NCBI GenBank assembly: GCA_963793265.1
Contig: CAWBZI010000006.1
Coordinates: forward strand, 448,001 to 512,000
Length of the DNA stretch: 64,000 bases
Direction of reading: 5' to 3'
Source: an uncultured cyanobacterium
GTDB taxonomy: Bacteria > Cyanobacteriota > Cyanobacteriia > Phormidesmidales > Phormidesmidaceae
Below are positions 27,645 through 38,579 of this stretch, piece after piece. The translations under genes were made by a program, and so were the position numbers. Position 1 is the first letter of the stretch, and every line of letters starts with the position of its first letter. The notes under the pieces were generated by a model that was given only the letters and a program-made list of their open reading frames with translations, was not told where the DNA came from and did not search any database.

Positions 27645-28976
27645 ATGAAACACCTAGTCCGTATCAAACCTATTCTTTTTTGGCTGAGTGGATTAGCAGC
27701 GGTGATTGTTGTAGGCGGCAGCGCGTTTGCCTACTGGCAGCAAAGGCAGAGTGCGATCGCCCTTTCTAGCCAACAAACCACCCTGGTCAAACGCCAAGAC
27801 TTAGCCTCTCAAATTCAGGCCAGCGGTCTTGTGCAAGCAGAGCGCTCCACCAATTTGAGCCCTGAGGGTGCAGGCAAAATCTCAGAGCTGTTCATCCAAG
27901 AGGGCGATACGGTGCGCCAAGGGCAGGTAATTGCGCGGATGGTGAGTCGCCGGAGTCAGGCCGAAGTCGATAGGGCAAAGGCGGCACTGGCCCAAGCTGA
28001 AGCCGACCTGGCTCAAAAGCAGTTTGGTGCTCGTGATGAAGAGATTGTGCAGGCCCGCGCCAGAGTAGACATGGCGCGGGCGGCTATCGATGTAACTGAG
28101 GCCACCTTACGTAAGGCCAACAGCGAGCTAAGCCGGTTTCAACAGCTCGCTAGCGAGGGCGCGGTGTCTGCCAATGAGTTAGAAACCTACCTGAGTACAG
28201 CGCAGCAAGCGAGCGCGAACTTAGCCGCCGATCGGCAACGGCTGAATGAGGCTGAAGCGGCACTAGCGACGTTGCAAAACGGCACCCGCCCCGAAGAAGT
28301 AGCACAGTCTGAGGCAGCAGTTAATCAGGCGGTGGCTCAACTGGCGGCGGTTCAAATAGATCTTGACGACACTGTAGTTCGAGCCCCTTTTGACGGGGTG
28401 ATTACGCAGCGCTTTGCTGAAACGGGCGACTTTGTTACGCCGACGACAGCAGCATCTACGGGCGATGGGGCAGCGTCTACTTCGATTGCTGAACTCTCTA
28501 GTGGGCTAGAGGTAGAGGCGAAGGTACCCGAGGCGAATATTGCCAAACTTCGAGTCAGGCAAACGGCTGAGATTCGGAGCACGGCCTATCCCGATGATGT
28601 ATTTGCAGGCGAGATTAGTTTAATTTCCCCGCGCGCGACGAGAGAGGACAACATTACGGTTTTTCGGGTGAAGGTGAAGCTAACAACAGGCGCAGACCGG
28701 CTGCGGGCTGGAATGACGGTGCGAATGGCTTTTGTGGGTGAGCCGGTCAAAGATGCGCTAGTGATTCCGCTAGCAGCCCTAGTGACTCAGCCGGATGGAG
28801 AAACTGGTGTGTATGTGGAGAGTGCGGCGGTGCCTGTATTTACGCCAGTGAAGGCAGGGCTGACAGCCGGGGCTCAAGTTGAGGTTGTGAGGGGACTGGC
28901 GGAGGGCGATCGCATTTTGCTAGAGCCGCCGCCCGGTGAGATTGTTGAAGGCGTTGATAGTACAGGCGGTTTTTAG
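27645..28976 (+). CDS. Efflux periplasmic adaptor (HlyD/MacA-like membrane fusion protein)
   Basis: N-terminal TM, EGDTVRQGQVIA, long coiled coil, VRAPFDGVI. Confidence 0.9.
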   Translation: MKHLVRIKPILFWLSGLAAVIVVGGSAFAYWQQRQSAIALSSQQTTLVKRQDLASQIQASGLVQAERSTNLSPEGAGKISELFIQEGDTVRQGQVIARMVSRRSQAEVDRAKAALAQAEADLAQKQFGARDEEIVQARARVDMARAAIDVTEATLRKANSELSRFQQLASEGAVSANELETYLSTAQQASANLAADRQRLNEAEAALATLQNGTRPEEVAQSEAAVNQAVAQLAAVQIDLDDTVVRAPFDGVITQRFAETGDFVTPTTAASTGDGAASTSIAELSSGLEVEAKVPEANIAKLRVRQTAEIRSTAYPDDVFAGEISLISPRATREDNITVFRVKVKLTTGADRLRAGMTVRMAFVGEPVKDALVIPLAALVTQPDGETGVYVESAAVPVFTPVKAGLTAGAQVEVVRGLAEGDRILLEPPPGEIVEGVDSTGGF

Positions 28977-28997
28977 ACATTTTTGGGGCTATACATC

Positions 28998-30203
28998 ATG
29001 AACCTGACCGACAATATTCAGATGGCCGTAAGAACGCTGAGCGCGCATAAGCTCAGGAGCCTGTTGACGATGCTAGGGATTATCATCGGCAATGCCTCGG
29101 TGATTTCGATTGTGGCGCTAGGGCAGGGGGCCAAGCAGTTTACGCAAGATCAGCTAGAGGCACTCGGCCCTAATCAACTGACGATTTATGCAGGCGGAAA
29201 TTTTGAAGACTTTGGCCCCTTAGACGATGAGGCTGTGCTGACGCTAGAAGACGTGGATGCGATCGCCCAACAGGCACCCGCCGTCAAAAAAATCGCACCT
29301 CAAATTAGCAGCCAGCTACAAATGGCCTATGGTAGCCGCTCTAACCAAGCACAGGTGATCGGGACAACGCCTGGAATGCTATACGTACGGAGCTTGCAGG
29401 TTGAAAAAGGCCAGTTCTTACGGTCGTCGGATGTTCTTCAAAACACGCAAACGATTGTTTTGGGCGCATCGTTAGCAACCGATTTTTTTGCGACTGGATC
29501 TGCTTTAGGAAAAATGATTCAGGTCGGCGACTTCAACTTTCAAGTGGTTGGCATTATGGCCGAGAAAGGATCTTTCTTTGGCAGTAACTACGACAATATG
29601 GCCTATGTTCCCATTACAACAATGGCGACTCAGCTTTCTACACGCGCTTCACCTAAAGGTATTCCCATCGATTTTTTAGAGATTTCGGCGCAGGACGCAG
29701 TGAGTATTCGCGCCGCTGCTTTTCAAATCAGCAACATTCTCACCAATCGTCATGGGCGCAAAGACTTCTCTATTTTTGCCAACAAGTCTTTGCAGGATTT
29801 GACTGAGCAGGTGACGACAGGATTGAGTTTGGTACTAGGTGCGATCGCCAGCATCTCTCTTTTAGTCGGCGGCATTGGCGTCATGAATATTATGCTGGTG
29901 TCGGTGAGCGAACGTACGCATGAAATCGGCCTACGTAAGGCCATTGGTGCCACCGAGCGCGTTATCCTCACTCAGTTTCTAATCGAAGCCATTTTACTCT
30001 CAGTCATTGGCGGCTTCATTGGCATTGGCGTCGGTATAAGCGGCGCTTTTGCAATCTCAGCACTAAGTCCGCTAAAGCCGTCTGTTTCAATAGGAGCCAT
30101 TGTTTTAGCGACTGGCGTTTCTGGCACAATCGGGCTGGTGTTTGGTGTGGTTCCAGCCCGGCAGGCGGCTCGGCTAGATCCCATTGTTGCTTTAAGAGGA
30201 TAG
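28998..30203 (+). CDS. MacB/FtsX-like ABC transporter permease
   Basis: RSLLTMLGIIIG, LLVGGIGVMNIMLVSVSERTHEIGLRKAIGA, PARQAARLDPIVALR. Confidence 0.92.
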   Translation: MNLTDNIQMAVRTLSAHKLRSLLTMLGIIIGNASVISIVALGQGAKQFTQDQLEALGPNQLTIYAGGNFEDFGPLDDEAVLTLEDVDAIAQQAPAVKKIAPQISSQLQMAYGSRSNQAQVIGTTPGMLYVRSLQVEKGQFLRSSDVLQNTQTIVLGASLATDFFATGSALGKMIQVGDFNFQVVGIMAEKGSFFGSNYDNMAYVPITTMATQLSTRASPKGIPIDFLEISAQDAVSIRAAAFQISNILTNRHGRKDFSIFANKSLQDLTEQVTTGLSLVLGAIASISLLVGGIGVMNIMLVSVSERTHEIGLRKAIGATERVILTQFLIEAILLSVIGGFIGIGVGISGAFAISALSPLKPSVSIGAIVLATGVSGTIGLVFGVVPARQAARLDPIVALRG

Positions 30204-30211
30204 TAAGGCGA

Positions 30212-31825
30212 TTGGATATTATTTGGCTATTAGTAAAATCATCGTGGCTGCGAGTGGTGATTGCGATCGCTTCTGGTCTTATCAGCGGCGGCTGTAGCGC
30301 TCGATTAATTGCTCTTATTAATACGGTACTGTCTAACTCGACCCAAGCGGCTGTTTCGCACTCTTCAGCAGTATTCTTTGGAACGTTAGTTGTGCTAGCG
30401 CTAATTGCAAGTACAGTATCGCAGTTTTTACTCATAGATCTCTCACAAGATGCAGTGTACAAGTTACGCCTACAGCTATCTCAGCGAATTTTATCTGCGC
30501 CTTTGCAGCAGTTAGAACAGATTGGGCCAAGCCAGCTTTTAGCCGTTTTAACCAAAGACGTGCAGTCTATTTCTAATACGGTGTTTGTAATTCCGACACT
30601 GTGTATCAATATAGCTGTAGTTGCAGGCTGCTTGATCTATCTAGGCTGGCTGTCCGGCTGGGCGCTGGTGGCAGTAGCAGCATTTTTAGCGGTTGCGATC
30701 ACCCTTGTTCAGCTCTTAATCACCGCCGCCTACCGCTACATCGACCTAGCCCGCACGGAAATAGGCCGATTGTTTGAGCTGTTTCGTGGGGTCACCGAGG
30801 GCACTAAAGAGCTAAAGCTAAATTCTGCTCGGCGGCAGATGTTCTTTGAGGAAGATTTGCAGGTGAGTGCGATCGCTTCTCGAAAATACATGAAAACCGC
30901 CTCTAAAATCGGCGCACTAGCAAGCAGCAGCGGTCAGCTCCTATTCTTCGTATTAATTGGCCTACTGTTATTCGCTGCTAGCTCAGTCATTCCAAAGATT
31001 CAACCCATCCTGCCTGCATACATTCTTACGATCACCTACGTGATTGGCCCCATAGAAAGCATTATTGATCGCCTACCCAACCTAGTAGAGGCCAATGTCT
31101 CCATTCAAAAGATAAACGAGATGGGCCTGTCGTTAATTGGCTCAGCAGAAATGAATTCTGTTACGCGCAGATCGATAGCATCGGACTGGAAAACGCTCGA
31201 ACTTATCAACGTTGTGCATACTTACAAAAGCAAAAATGACGATAGCACTTTTACCGTAGGCCCAATTAATCTAATGATAAAGTCAGGAGAGCTAGTCTTT
31301 ATCGTAGGCGGTAACGGCAGTGGTAAGTCTACGCTCGCAAAGCTTATTGCTGGCCTATACACGCCAGATTCCGGGCGGCTTCAACTAGACGGAAATCCTA
31401 TTGTAGAGACGAACTTAGAATGGTACCGACAGCTATTCTCTACCGTTTTCTCAGACTTTTATCTCTTTGAGCGGTTGATAAGTACTGAAGATATTACGCT
31501 TGATTCTCAAGCGCAGATGTATTTAGAGAAATTGCAGCTCGATAAAAAAGTCTCTGTAAAAAATGGACAGCTTTCAACAACCGCACTTTCTCAAGGTCAG
31601 CGAAAACGCTTGGCCCTGCTAAGCGCCTATTTAGAAGATCGCTCAATCTATCTGTTTGACGAATGGGCTGCCGATCAAGATCCTATGTTCAGAGAGATCT
31701 TTTACACTCAGCTACTGCCTGAGCTGAAACAGCGTGGCAAAACAGTGATAGCCATTAGCCACGACGACCGCTACTTTGACCGGGGCGATCGCCTCATCAA
31801 GCTAGACTATGGACGTATTGAATAA
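30212..31825 (+). CDS. Cyclic peptide export ABC transporter (SyrD/PvdE/YojI family)
   Basis: 6-TM domain with GTKELKL; Walker A GGNGSGKST; LSQGQRKRL; DEWAADQDP; ISHDDRYF. Confidence 0.92.
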   Translation: MDIIWLLVKSSWLRVVIAIASGLISGGCSARLIALINTVLSNSTQAAVSHSSAVFFGTLVVLALIASTVSQFLLIDLSQDAVYKLRLQLSQRILSAPLQQLEQIGPSQLLAVLTKDVQSISNTVFVIPTLCINIAVVAGCLIYLGWLSGWALVAVAAFLAVAITLVQLLITAAYRYIDLARTEIGRLFELFRGVTEGTKELKLNSARRQMFFEEDLQVSAIASRKYMKTASKIGALASSSGQLLFFVLIGLLLFAASSVIPKIQPILPAYILTITYVIGPIESIIDRLPNLVEANVSIQKINEMGLSLIGSAEMNSVTRRSIASDWKTLELINVVHTYKSKNDDSTFTVGPINLMIKSGELVFIVGGNGSGKSTLAKLIAGLYTPDSGRLQLDGNPIVETNLEWYRQLFSTVFSDFYLFERLISTEDITLDSQAQMYLEKLQLDKKVSVKNGQLSTTALSQGQRKRLALLSAYLEDRSIYLFDEWAADQDPMFREIFYTQLLPELKQRGKTVIAISHDDRYFDRGDRLIKLDYGRIE

Positions 31826-31935
31826 GAAGCTGAAAGCATTGCTAAACCCACTGTGTTACTTCTCAAATTGACACGCCAACTTTAATGTCATTTGCTCACC
31901 TACGATATCCCTTATAGATATGTATATTTCGCGTT

Positions 31936-32634
31936 TTGCTGGTCGGAGTAGTAGCTATGGTTTGGGTGATTGTCTATACCGCTGTGCCTCTAGCCATCCT
32001 GGGAGTTGGCCTTTGGCTCATCGTAAGGATGGTAGGAAAAGAAGATGCTATTAAGCAGCTCAGGTGGTTTTGGCCACTGCTGCTTTTTATCTTCGTACAG
32101 TCTTTTTTGATGTCGTATTTTGATGAATGGCTTGGGATTGTTTACTTCGCATATATAGCTATCTTTAGCGCTTGGTTTGTAAGCTGGCCATTTCGCAAAC
32201 GAGAAGCAGGCCGCTTGCTGCTAGATGCTGGGAAGCCGACTGCCTTTAAATATATCTTTTGGGGCGGGGTGATATTTAGCGTGATCGCCCTCATCACCAC
32301 GATCACTTTCCTGCTAAGTAACGAACCCATCTCAGCTCTCTTCTTCAAAGAAGACATTGCCGCCTTTTGGATGCTAGCTATCTTCGGCCTTTCTATTGGA
32401 TCGACTCGATTAGAAGTGAGAGAAAACGGTATTTGCAATGTTTACAGGGTGGCTCTTTGGCGGCGAATGAGGGCTTACGAATGGGGAGGTAAGAGAACTA
32501 ATATGCTGACGATTAAGTACAAACCTCGGCTTCGGTTTATGCCCGGCTTTATAGGCTTTGATGTTTCACCGCGCTATCGCGAAGAGATCGATAGGATAGT
32601 TGCGACACATGTGCCTGATGCCCCGATGCCGTAA
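31936..32634 (+). CDS. Hypothetical multi-pass membrane protein
   Basis: 232-aa ORF with about 5 hydrophobic helices and a soluble C-terminus. Start uncertain. Confidence 0.6.
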   Translation: MLVGVVAMVWVIVYTAVPLAILGVGLWLIVRMVGKEDAIKQLRWFWPLLLFIFVQSFLMSYFDEWLGIVYFAYIAIFSAWFVSWPFRKREAGRLLLDAGKPTAFKYIFWGGVIFSVIALITTITFLLSNEPISALFFKEDIAAFWMLAIFGLSIGSTRLEVRENGICNVYRVALWRRMRAYEWGGKRTNMLTIKYKPRLRFMPGFIGFDVSPRYREEIDRIVATHVPDAPMP

Positions 32635-32709
32635 GCATAATCTCCCTGAAAAGCAAAGCCTAAGCAACATCCAAGCATCGTCAGCAAAACTGTAGGGGCG
32701 TAAGGCTCT

Positions 32710-32907
32710 CATTGGTGTCAACTTAAGCATGTATCCCTCGTGGCGTAAGCTGCTCAGCCCTCATCCTAAATCCTTCTCCCGAGGGGAGAAGGACTTCAGA
32801 GTCCGGGTTCCCTTCTCCCGAGGGGAGAAGGGCTAGGGATGAGGGCTACGAAACGTATGCTGAACACCTATGACTGCAAGCATTTCAGCGTTAAGTTGAC
32901 ACCAATG
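32710..32907. mobile_element. 198-bp MITE with 17-bp terminal inverted repeats and an 8-bp target-site duplication
   Basis: TIR CATTGGTGTCAACTTAA (32710-32726) / TTAAGTTGACACCAATG (32891-32907); TSD AAGGCTCT at 32702-32709 and 32908-32915; no transposase. Confidence 0.9.
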
Positions 32908-32913
32908 AAGGCT

Positions 32914-33888
32914 CTACGCCCTCCGGCGCAGAATGTTCCTCTTATCCAAAAAAGCAAGCTGCCGGTAAAGCATCTGCATCGCCGGAACCGAAACGTTGAG
33001 GGCATTAGCCACATCAATAGGATTACCTAAAATTGCCTTAAGCTCTAAAGGACGCCCCTCGTCGTAGTCAATTTTCATGCTAGTGCGATAGGGCGTCATG
33101 GCTTCGGTTTGCTTCAACATGATATCTACCCAGCCAGAAGGGAGACTGCGATGAGTGCCTGGTGAAGTGTGCTCGCCCCAAGCATTCGCGACAGTGATCA
33201 CTTCTTTCATGAGTAAGGTGATGAGCGATCGCACCCTATCATCTGTCATCATCTCGTCGGTTGTCGCATTCAAAACAACAGATAGCCCATTATAAGGAAC
33301 ATTCCACACCAGCTTTTTCCACCGCGCCATCGGCAAATCTTCAGTCGTCTCCACTTCGATGCCTGCCGCCGCTAAATCAGCAGCGATGCTTTCTACCAAA
33401 GGCGTTATCTGACAAGTCTGCTTATTAGCATTGTGGATACCGAGTAGCACCCGACCGTATTCCAGATGGTGAATATGCCCCGGCGTAACTCTATTGACAC
33501 AAACAAAACAGAGTCCGCCGACAAGCGTTAGTTCAGAATTGATCTGCTGAGACACCTCAGCTTCTATATTTAGCCCGTTTTGAAAAAGAACGACGGCCCC
33601 GCCTGGATTTATCTTTGGTAGTAGCTCAGCAATCCGATGGTTCTGAGTTGTCTTGGTGGCCACAATCGCCACATCAACTGGCGGCATCTGATTAGGATGG
33701 TTGTAGGCGTTTACGTCAGGGAGAACAAAGTCGCCATCTGCCGACTTGATGACCAAACCGTTCTCTCGTACGTACTCATAATCGCTGCGCAACAGAAAAT
33801 GCATATCGCAGCCGGACTGTTGAAGCCTCGCACCATAGTAGCTACCAATCGCGCCAGCTCCAATGATTGCGTATCGAAGATTAGACAC
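32914..33888 (-). CDS. panE: 2-dehydropantoate 2-reductase (ketopantoate reductase) family
   Basis: IIGAGAIG, VATK, FQNG, WKKLVWN, SMKID..GRPLE motifs. Confidence 0.85.
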   Translation of the reverse strand: MSNLRYAIIGAGAIGSYYGARLQQSGCDMHFLLRSDYEYVRENGLVIKSADGDFVLPDVNAYNHPNQMPPVDVAIVATKTTQNHRIAELLPKINPGGAVVLFQNGLNIEAEVSQQINSELTLVGGLCFVCVNRVTPGHIHHLEYGRVLLGIHNANKQTCQITPLVESIAADLAAAGIEVETTEDLPMARWKKLVWNVPYNGLSVVLNATTDEMMTDDRVRSLITLLMKEVITVANAWGEHTSPGTHRSLPSGWVDIMLKQTEAMTPYRTSMKIDYDEGRPLELKAILGNPIDVANALNVSVPAMQMLYRQLAFLDKRNILRRRA

Positions 33889-34528
33889 TTAGTTGCTCCA
33901 ACGCCCACTGCGCTCGTGCTTGAACGGCTAAAACCTCATCTTGATTAGAAAGATCGCTTAGCCCTTTGACGATGCCATTGATCAAACTCGTCTGTCCGTC
34001 TGCTGCTAGTGCGATCGCCACCCCCTGCAAACCCACAATCCCGCCATAGCGAACCACCCACTCAGGATCATTCGTCACCACTTTCAGCAGCGTATCTCTC
34101 ACACTTTGCTGTCCTTTGCGTCGCTCATCTTCAGGCAGCTTTTCCCACTGAATTGCCCCTAATCCTCTGGCCGCCGCCCGCCGTACGCTCAGCGAAAAAT
34201 CCTCAGCCGCCGTCTCCAATATCAAATCGAGCCCACGCGGATCGCCAATGCCTGCAAGCACCCGCAGCGCCCAAGCCCTTGCCCCGTAGTTATAGCCGTC
34301 TATCTGCGCTAGCACTGCCGAAGCCGCAGGCGTCCCAATTTGAATCAGGCCATCTACTGCCGCCACCGCTGCACCTGGGTTGTTGTAGCCCAGCACCCGA
34401 ATTAACGAATCGGTTGCACCTTCGTCTTTCAGTTCAGCAAGCGCCTCTACCGCATCGATCATGGACTGTGCTGAGTCAGCCTCTTCTACGGCTCGGAGTC
34501 TAGTGTGGAGGGCTGTATTCGTCATCAC
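33881..34528 (-). CDS. cpcF: Phycocyanin alpha-subunit lyase subunit CpcF
   Basis: LGYNNPGAAVAAVDGLI, DGYNYGARAWA, DFSLSVRRAAARGLG; follows cpcE. Confidence 0.92.
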   Translation of the reverse strand: MMTNTALHTRLRAVEEADSAQSMIDAVEALAELKDEGATDSLIRVLGYNNPGAAVAAVDGLIQIGTPAASAVLAQIDGYNYGARAWALRVLAGIGDPRGLDLILETAAEDFSLSVRRAAARGLGAIQWEKLPEDERRKGQQSVRDTLLKVVTNDPEWVVRYGGIVGLQGVAIALAADGQTSLINGIVKGLSDLSNQDEVLAVQARAQWALEQLSV

Positions 34529-35349
34529 AACAAAGAATCCATCAAAGCCATTACTTTTTTAGTCTGCTCAGTCACCAAAGCCTCAGACTGCCGAATCTCT
34601 CTTTCTAGCAGTCCTTTAAGCGCAATTAGTTTAATGCTGTTCTCGGCTAGGGTGTTCGCGATCGCCTCAGCCGCAGGTAGATACCCAATCTCTCCTAAAT
34701 CTAACAGAATTGATCGGCGCAACTGCAAGTCATCGCACCTGAGCGTATCTACCAGCCGGTCAGCATAATGATTCTCACCCGTGAGCTGATACATCGCCCG
34801 CGCTGCTGCGTTCTTCACCTGTGGCACCTCATGCGCCAAAAAAGGTTCAATCGCGGTCACATTCGACCTATCACCCAAACTTCCTAACGCCTCTAATACT
34901 GCATTGTAAGGCTGCACTAAATGCGGCTTTCCAGGCACCTCAATCGCCGCTTCAAGGCCACCTTCCAACAGCTTCAATAAGTCGCTAACACTCTCTTTTG
35001 CATTCAACGACTCTAAAGACTGCGCGGCTGCTTCACGCACATAATAATCAGAACAGGTCAGGCATTCAACCAAAGCAGGAATAACGCTTGGGTCTTCTAA
35101 TTTGCCGAGTGCTCGTGCCGCATTTCTTCGTAGAGGAAAGCCACCATCAGTATCGCGATCGCTTTCATCTCTTAATGCTTCAAGTAACGCTGTGATCGCA
35201 TCAGGCTCTTTCACCTGAAACCGTCCTAGCCACCAGGCGGCATAGTAGCGATCGCCCTTGTCCTCTGTTTGCTGAAGGTTCGCGATCGCCTTAGCCACCG
35301 TAAGCTGAGGCCCACCACCGTCTTGTACCTCTATCTGTGACTCCGCCAT
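34525..35349 (-). CDS. cpcE: Phycocyanin alpha-subunit lyase subunit CpcE
   Basis: RYYAAWWLG, GGFPLRRNAARALG, DYYVREAAAQ, LAENSIKLIALKG. Confidence 0.93.
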   Translation of the reverse strand: MAESQIEVQDGGGPQLTVAKAIANLQQTEDKGDRYYAAWWLGRFQVKEPDAITALLEALRDESDRDTDGGFPLRRNAARALGKLEDPSVIPALVECLTCSDYYVREAAAQSLESLNAKESVSDLLKLLEGGLEAAIEVPGKPHLVQPYNAVLEALGSLGDRSNVTAIEPFLAHEVPQVKNAAARAMYQLTGENHYADRLVDTLRCDDLQLRRSILLDLGEIGYLPAAEAIANTLAENSIKLIALKGLLEREIRQSEALVTEQTKKVMALMDSLL

Positions 35350-35526
35350 CGCACCGCTTATCTAATCGCCTAAACCCAACCACTCACCAAAACACCCGCC
35401 AATAGCAAACCCAGAGAAACAAACAACCACTAGACGCTTCCAGTAATCGCATATCTCTCTGGGTGATAAATTGAGGCTCAAACCGTCTGATACTTAAATC
35501 AAAGGCTAAAACGTCAATTTAGCTGG

Positions 35527-36015
35527 TTAGCTGAGAACGTTAATTGCGTAGTTGATGTAGTTGTTAGCTTCAGTTGCAGGCACACCACTCAAACCGTGGT
35601 TTTCTCTGATGTACTTAAGCGCTTCTATATACCAGCTAGGCGCAAGGTCAAAGGTCTTGTTGATTTCAGCAAGGCCAGATACCAAGTAGTCATCCATGGG
35701 GCCAGTGCCGCCAACGATGAGGCAGTAGGTAATCATGCGGAGGTAGTAGCCGATGTCACGAACGCACTTGTCTTTGCCGCGCTGATCAGCCGCGTACTGA
35801 GGCCCTTGCATCTGCGTGGTGTAAGGGAACTTGCTGTAAACAGCTTGAGCCGCACCAGACGCTAGGCTATCAGCATTCTGAGTGAGCTTGCGGGCAGCTT
35901 CTAGGCTGTCTTTCGCTTGCTGAAAACGACCAAATGCAACCTGCATTTCAGTCGAGCTTAGAAAGCGACCCTGTGAATCAGCAGCCGAGACTGCTTCGGT
36001 CAGAGGAGTTTTCAT
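35527..36015 (-). CDS. cpcA: Phycocyanin alpha subunit
   Basis: [31 protein letters not shown]; 162 aa. Confidence 0.97.
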   Translation of the reverse strand: MKTPLTEAVSAADSQGRFLSSTEMQVAFGRFQQAKDSLEAARKLTQNADSLASGAAQAVYSKFPYTTQMQGPQYAADQRGKDKCVRDIGYYLRMITYCLIVGGTGPMDDYLVSGLAEINKTFDLAPSWYIEALKYIRENHGLSGVPATEANNYINYAINVLS

Positions 36016-36112
36016 CGGTAAGGATCTCCCAATCTTGAGGTGAACAATTCTTGAGTATGGAACCGGCTATTGCTAGCCACATTGCTAGCCACAAATGCCT
36101 AAGCTACGGGGC

Positions 36113-36631
36113 CTAAGCTACAGCAGCGGCTGCACGGTCAAAGTAACCACTGATTTCAGCAATCAGGCTGCTGCAATCACCGTTGGTTACGTTGCTGTTG
36201 TCGCTCACGATTGCGATCGCAGCAGCTTTCATCTTTTGAACGCCAGCGGCAACAGAAGCGCCGGGAGTGCCCAAAGCAATGTAAGTTTCGCGAAGGCCGT
36301 TCAAGCAGCGATCGTCAAGCACGGAAGCATCACCAGAGAATGCTGCGTAAGTGACATAGCGTAGAATGATTTCCATGTCGCGGAGGCAAGCAGCCATACG
36401 ACGAGACGTGTAAGCGTTACCGCCGGGCTGAATGAGCTGAGGCTGGTCAGCAAACAAAGAACGAGCAGCGTTAGCAACAATTGCAGAAGCATTGCTAGTG
36501 ATGCCGTTAACGGCGTCCATTCTCTTGTTGCCGTCAGCAACCATTTGATCTAGCGCGTCTAGAGTAGAGCCGGTAATGTATTCGCCCCGAGCATCAGCTT
36601 GGGATACAACTTTAGCAAACGCATCAAACAT
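36113..36631 (-). CDS. cpcB: Phycocyanin beta subunit
   Basis: [36 protein letters not shown]; 172 aa. Confidence 0.97.
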   Translation of the reverse strand: MFDAFAKVVSQADARGEYITGSTLDALDQMVADGNKRMDAVNGITSNASAIVANAARSLFADQPQLIQPGGNAYTSRRMAACLRDMEIILRYVTYAAFSGDASVLDDRCLNGLRETYIALGTPGASVAAGVQKMKAAAIAIVSDNSNVTNGDCSSLIAEISGYFDRAAAAVA

Positions 36632-36723
36632 AGATCCGAATTCTCCTAATATTTGATAACTGGAACAAAGGCTCGGATGCCCACTGTTCCCACTCTAAAA
36701 GAGTAAAGCGTATACGCCGCGTA

Positions 36724-36751
36724 TCTAAGAAAGTTTAAGAAAGTTCACAAA
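36724..36751. promoter_or_regulatory. HLR1-like (RpaB-type) direct repeats upstream of cpcB
   Basis: TCTAAGAA-AG-TTTAAGAA-AG-TTCACAAA, 10-bp period. Confidence 0.45.
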
Positions 36752-36923
36752 ACGCTTGAGGGCGTCAATCACCCATGGGGCATACGTTCAAGTTGATTAT
36801 GTGTTAATCATTTGGCGGGCAAAAATAAGCAAAAGTACTTATGCGAACATTTTTGCGTTACAAAATGAGCGACGTTTGGGCCTAATTTGCTGCGCTGAAT
36901 TTTCCCGGTCGTAATCGCTAAAC

Positions 36924-37727
36924 TCAAGCAGCCGATGAAGTGGCAACGCGCGGATCTTTCTCTAAATCAAACAGAAACCCATGAATATATTCTTCTGTCC
37001 ATTCAGGGCCATAAAAGCGGGTGAGCATTCCCCTAGCCGGATCTTTCTCAGCTCGATAGCGAGCATAGCTGAGATGCGACTGCTTAATCGCCTCTAACCT
37101 ATCTGGATCGGTAATAGGCTCGGCCTTTTGCACAAAGTTGATATATGCCTTCAAGTAGTCTTGAAAAGCCTCGAATACGTGCGTTTTTACGTCTTCTGTT
37201 TCTGATGGGCGCGTCCACAAAAAAGCGGGTGAGAAGAAAGCCTGCGCTTCTTCAGGGAAGTCACCGCCCCAAGGCAAATGCTGCTGATAGCCGTGGAACA
37301 TATCCATAATCGGCTGGCTGTACTTGGCCTTGTAGTCGTCTGTTTGAAAGAGCGGCTGCATGTCGAGGGCAATCAGGTGTCCGCCCGGTAGCGTTACAAG
37401 GTCTGCGCCAAAGAAGGGAATGTCGTAGTTTAGCTCGGGGAAGATGACGAAGTTGAGTACCTGAAGTGCTTCGCCGCCCTGCACATGTGCGGCTCGAATC
37501 TGTCTAAGCTTGGGCGCTTTTGATCCGTAGCTGGTGGTGGTGACGGTGGCCTGGCGTTTGCCTTTGCCGGTGATGGCGCTCTTTTGCTCGAAGCCTGCCG
37601 GGATGGGGTAGGGACTGAGTTCGAGTTCGTTGGTTAGTAGGGCGATCGCTCGCGCTAAAAACGGCTCGTATATTGTTCCTAAAGGTGTTCCTGAAGATGT
37701 CTCTGTAGGTGTTTCTGCTGCACTCAT
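36924..37727 (-). CDS. pebB: Phycoerythrobilin:ferredoxin oxidoreductase
   Basis: [43 protein letters not shown]. Confidence 0.95.
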   Translation of the reverse strand: MSAAETPTETSSGTPLGTIYEPFLARAIALLTNELELSPYPIPAGFEQKSAITGKGKRQATVTTTSYGSKAPKLRQIRAAHVQGGEALQVLNFVIFPELNYDIPFFGADLVTLPGGHLIALDMQPLFQTDDYKAKYSQPIMDMFHGYQQHLPWGGDFPEEAQAFFSPAFLWTRPSETEDVKTHVFEAFQDYLKAYINFVQKAEPITDPDRLEAIKQSHLSYARYRAEKDPARGMLTRFYGPEWTEEYIHGFLFDLEKDPRVATSSAA

Positions 37728-38458
37728 TACTTACTCACACTGACTGCCAACGGCACCGCATCTTCAAACAAGAATTCGTGCAGAAACTTCTCAGACCACT
37801 CATGACCGAAGTAGCTGCTAAACAATCCTGAGGCCGGATCGCGATCGGCGCTGTACTGATCGTAGTCGCGCTGAGCTTTAGCAATTCTCTCTATAGAAGC
37901 GCTGCTGCTATCAGGCGTCGCTGCGTCCATCATTTCCCAATAGAGCTGAAGATAGTCCTTAAAAGCTTCCAATACTCGAGTTTGAACGGTTTCTGGGTCG
38001 GTCTTGGCAAACAACAGATATTTAGAGAAATATTGATTGGCGTCATAAAACTTCATCTCTAAGTTTTGCGACAAATCGGGATACTTATCGTGGAGTGCCT
38101 TGAGCGGAGTAATGTACTTTTCTTTGTAGGCTTCGTCTTGAAAGAGCGGCTGAAAATCCATCACAATAAGATTTTTCACAGCGCCGAAAGAGAGAAAATC
38201 TATGCCTAGCAAAGGCAGTTCGTAGGCATGACTAGGATAGATAACGCTGTTAAAAATTTGGGCGCTTTTGCCTGCATCAATGTAGGTATAGCGGGCTTTA
38301 CGCAGCTCTTTAGACTGGTAGCACCAGCTTTGAATCGTCGCGGGGTGACGGCCTCTTTCGCTGATATTACATTCTAGACCTGCGGGAATCGGGCGCTCGC
38401 TCAGGTCAAATCTCTGTTTAAGGGCGTTTTCTAAATGCTCTAGGAAAGGGCGATACAT
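37727..38458 (-). CDS. pebA: 15,16-dihydrobiliverdin:ferredoxin oxidoreductase
   Basis: [39 protein letters not shown] at 38458. Confidence 0.95.
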   Translation of the reverse strand: MYRPFLEHLENALKQRFDLSERPIPAGLECNISERGRHPATIQSWCYQSKELRKARYTYIDAGKSAQIFNSVIYPSHAYELPLLGIDFLSFGAVKNLIVMDFQPLFQDEAYKEKYITPLKALHDKYPDLSQNLEMKFYDANQYFSKYLLFAKTDPETVQTRVLEAFKDYLQLYWEMMDAATPDSSSASIERIAKAQRDYDQYSADRDPASGLFSSYFGHEWSEKFLHEFLFEDAVPLAVSVSK

Positions 38459-38579
38459 TTTCCAGCCGGTTTTCTTATAAGGACAGAGTTGTTTAAAGAC
38501 AGCTCGCCTCATCACAATACGAGATTCCGTCTGTGTCCGCCCCAAGTATTAAAGACAAAGATACATTCCTTAATAGTCG

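Noticed and set aside
36069..36092. 12-bp tandem duplication ATTGCTAGCCAC, and a similar TGTTTGTTTAA(A)GAC duplication near 44876-44905
   Set aside because: Two-copy slippage duplications in spacers; no evidence of function.
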